Of a stretch of DNA of 64,000 nt, positions 61,844-64,000 are shown one piece after another (position 1 is the stretch's first letter; each line of letters opens with the position of its first letter). The notes under the pieces are model-generated. The model saw only the letters and a program-made list of their open reading frames with translations, was not told the DNA's origin and searched no databases. The translations under genes were made by a program, and so were the position numbers. The stretch is taken from contig CBDBCY010000004.1 in the NCBI GenBank assembly GCA_965203555.1, positions 896,001 to 960,000 of the forward strand, written 5' to 3'. Source of the DNA: Acidimicrobiia bacterium (GTDB taxonomy: Bacteria > Actinomycetota > Acidimicrobiia > Spongiisociales > ZC4RG35).

Positions 61844-63259
61844 CTAAGCGCCTGCAAAGCTTCCGTACAACTTGTCGCGCCCAGGCTGGCGGACCGTGTG
61901 CGGCCCAAGGTCCTGCCACATGCGCCGACCGATGCTCCACATCTCAAGCTCCTTTTCAGGAACCGATGCAATCTGGATACCGACCGGCAGGCCATCTCGA
62001 TGAAGGCGCATGGGAAGAGTCAGCGTCGGGTACTCGACCAGGTTGATCGGCGCGGTGTACCTGGTCTTCCTGGTCAGTAACGCTTCGACGTTGGACAGAT
62101 CGATCGGACTGCCCGACGTATCGTCCTCCTCGCATCGAGCGAAGGCGCGGGACCAGACGAGTGAATAGGGTCGGACCGGGGTGACGGGGGTTACGACCGC
62201 ATGGCAGTCGCTCAGTTCCTCCGCATATCGCTTCTTGAATTGGCGCCGGGCACTCAGCGCTCCCGAATAATCCTCCGGCGAGGTCGTGGGTCCATCGGTC
62301 AGCAGTTGGTGTGAGGGGGCTGACAGTACTTCTCTGGCCTCCTCTGTCAGGTGGGACTCGAGGGCGCGGGAGTACTCATAGGCAAATATCTTCCAGATCG
62401 CATCCCGGACCTGGCTCCCCAGACCCGGTAGGCGCACCCTTACCGTGGAGTAACCGCAATCTTGCGCCCAGGAGCGCACCTCTTCTTGCAGCACGGCGTG
62501 ATCGTCGTCCACTTCTTCGCCTTCGAGATCCAGAATCCCGATGCACAGGTCCCCCCGGCCGAAGTCGGAAGGCACCCGCGACCAGTCGTTCTCTTCCAAC
62601 TCACTTCGGCCGCCCGGGAATGGAACAGCCCGCCCCAGCAGATCCAGGTCCCGAGCCATGACCCCGATCGCGTCCAGGGTGGAGGGACCAGGCCAGACGC
62701 CATCCTTGTGCCAGGCGTGTTTCCCGGATGGCTTGTAGGAGAGGACACCGCAGAACTCCGCGGGAATCCGTACGGAACCGGCCGCATCCGTGCCCAGAGC
62801 CACATGGCACAGCGCTGCAGCAACCGCGGCCGCAGAGCCGCTGGAACTTCCTCCGGGAATCAGGGAGTGATTCCATGGATTCACCGCCGGCGGCAGGCCG
62901 CAGCCCGGAGCGCCGTAACCCAGTTCGTACATGTTGGTCTTGCCTTTGATCACAAACCCCTGGCGAACCAGCCACCTGACCCACGCCCCGGAGACCGATT
63001 CGTTGCTTTTGAGCACCGGCACCGCCAGACCCGCCGCCAAGGGGAATCCCTCTACCTGGATGTTGTCCTTGATGCCGGCCGTCGCCACCCGGTCGTCTCC
63101 GCAGGGGTAACCGGACTCCCGATCGGCCTCCCGCGGCGGCGGTGTTAGATCCTGACGGTTCGCAGGAAGATGGCGTACAACCACAAAGGCGTTTAATTCT
63201 CGGTTGGTGGCGTCGAATTCCTGACCGGTCCTCGGATAACGTAGATTCTTCTCACTCAT
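61844..63259 (-). CDS. Amidase signature family protein
   Basis: GIKD, GKTNMYE, PGGSSSGSAAAVA, GTDAAGSVRIP. Confidence 0.9.
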   Translation of the reverse strand: MSEKNLRYPRTGQEFDATNRELNAFVVVRHLPANRQDLTPPPREADRESGYPCGDDRVATAGIKDNIQVEGFPLAAGLAVPVLKSNESVSGAWVRWLVRQGFVIKGKTNMYELGYGAPGCGLPPAVNPWNHSLIPGGSSSGSAAAVAAALCHVALGTDAAGSVRIPAEFCGVLSYKPSGKHAWHKDGVWPGPSTLDAIGVMARDLDLLGRAVPFPGGRSELEENDWSRVPSDFGRGDLCIGILDLEGEEVDDDHAVLQEEVRSWAQDCGYSTVRVRLPGLGSQVRDAIWKIFAYEYSRALESHLTEEAREVLSAPSHQLLTDGPTTSPEDYSGALSARRQFKKRYAEELSDCHAVVTPVTPVRPYSLVWSRAFARCEEDDTSGSPIDLSNVEALLTRKTRYTAPINLVEYPTLTLPMRLHRDGLPVGIQIASVPEKELEMWSIGRRMWQDLGPHTVRQPGRDKLYGSFAGA

Positions 63260-63956
63260 CGGACAGTGTTCCTCTCGAGTTCAAGTGCCGTAGGATCGCC
63301 GCCTGGGCCTGTTCAAGATGGGTCTCAATCAGCCCGATTGCCCGGTCGGCATCCCTCCGGCGATAGGCCTCCAGAATCTCCTCGTGATGTCGCAGAGCCC
63401 GTCTGAGTTCGGCGACAGGAGCGCCGGCCTGCGTCCACTGATACCGTTCGCATATACCCAGCAACCTGTCATAGATCGAGAGCAAATGAGGCATTCCCGA
63501 GGGTTCATACATCGATCTGTGGAACCTGGTGTTGAGCCCTATCAGGGTCAGTCGATCCTCGTTCTCTGTTGCCACATGCATCTGTCCGAGCAGGGAATCC
63601 AAGAGGGTCATCACGGATTCATCGGCCCCCCTGATGCCCTCGGCCATGGCTATGGGTTCAATCGCCCCGCGCAGCGCATATAGCTCCTTCACTTCCTCCA
63701 GGCTCAATGGCCGCACTCGCATCGACGAGTGGGGTTGTAGCGTGACGTATCCACGCTCGGAGAGTCGCCTGAGAGCTTGTCGAATCGGCGTGCGGCTGAT
63801 TTGATAGGTGGCCTCGAGATCCTTTAGCAGGATGCGCTCTCCGGCCTTAAGTTCCCCCGACAAGATCGCTCCGCGGATGGTGCTGTAGGCAAAGTCCTCC
63901 AGTGTTCTGAACATGGGATCGTTGGACTGGGGCAACGACGTCAGTGGACGATTCAT
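63252..63956 (-). CDS. GntR (FCD) transcriptional regulator
   Basis: ISRTPIRQALRRL wHTH; NTRFH and HEEIL FCD motifs. Confidence 0.92.
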   Translation of the reverse strand: MNRPLTSLPQSNDPMFRTLEDFAYSTIRGAILSGELKAGERILLKDLEATYQISRTPIRQALRRLSERGYVTLQPHSSMRVRPLSLEEVKELYALRGAIEPIAMAEGIRGADESVMTLLDSLLGQMHVATENEDRLTLIGLNTRFHRSMYEPSGMPHLLSIYDRLLGICERYQWTQAGAPVAELRRALRHHEEILEAYRRRDADRAIGLIETHLEQAQAAILRHLNSRGTLSDE

Positions 63957-64000
63957 ATCACTACCAAACTTGCTTGTATGAGTTCTCTCGTGTACTCGGT

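Overview
GC-rich actinobacterial chromosome segment. Gene content and leaderless promoters suggest Acidimicrobiia; this is inference only. Housekeeping blocks: tupBCA-type oxyanion ABC transporter, gatCAB, dapCDE, iscS-mnmA-ligA, pepA and copZ-copA. Catabolic blocks: a myo-inositol cluster with an ABC importer, an uncharacterised Zn-ADH/M24/PEP-utiliser/Ldh-family run, and a GntR-amidase-dpp operon. Accessory modules are interleaved: (i) an RloA/RloB (AbiL-like) pair between two copies of the gatB 3' end, i.e. a minimal integrase-less island; (ii) a Phd-VapC pair and an AAA_14-DUF4143 gene preceded by four phased 23-bp AT-rich repeats; (iii) two divergent DUF222-HNH genes with a shared upstream hairpin/promoter block, bracketing decaying toxin-antitoxin genes; (iv) a promoter-to-terminator structured RNA candidate in front of iscS-mnmA-ligA; (v) two doubly anchored surface proteins built from an unrecognised ~137-aa two-Cys repeat; (vi) an amber-interrupted Fic gene. 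I saw no rRNA, tRNA, CRISPR array, integrase or transposase. All family calls are motif recognition by eye; no searches were run.
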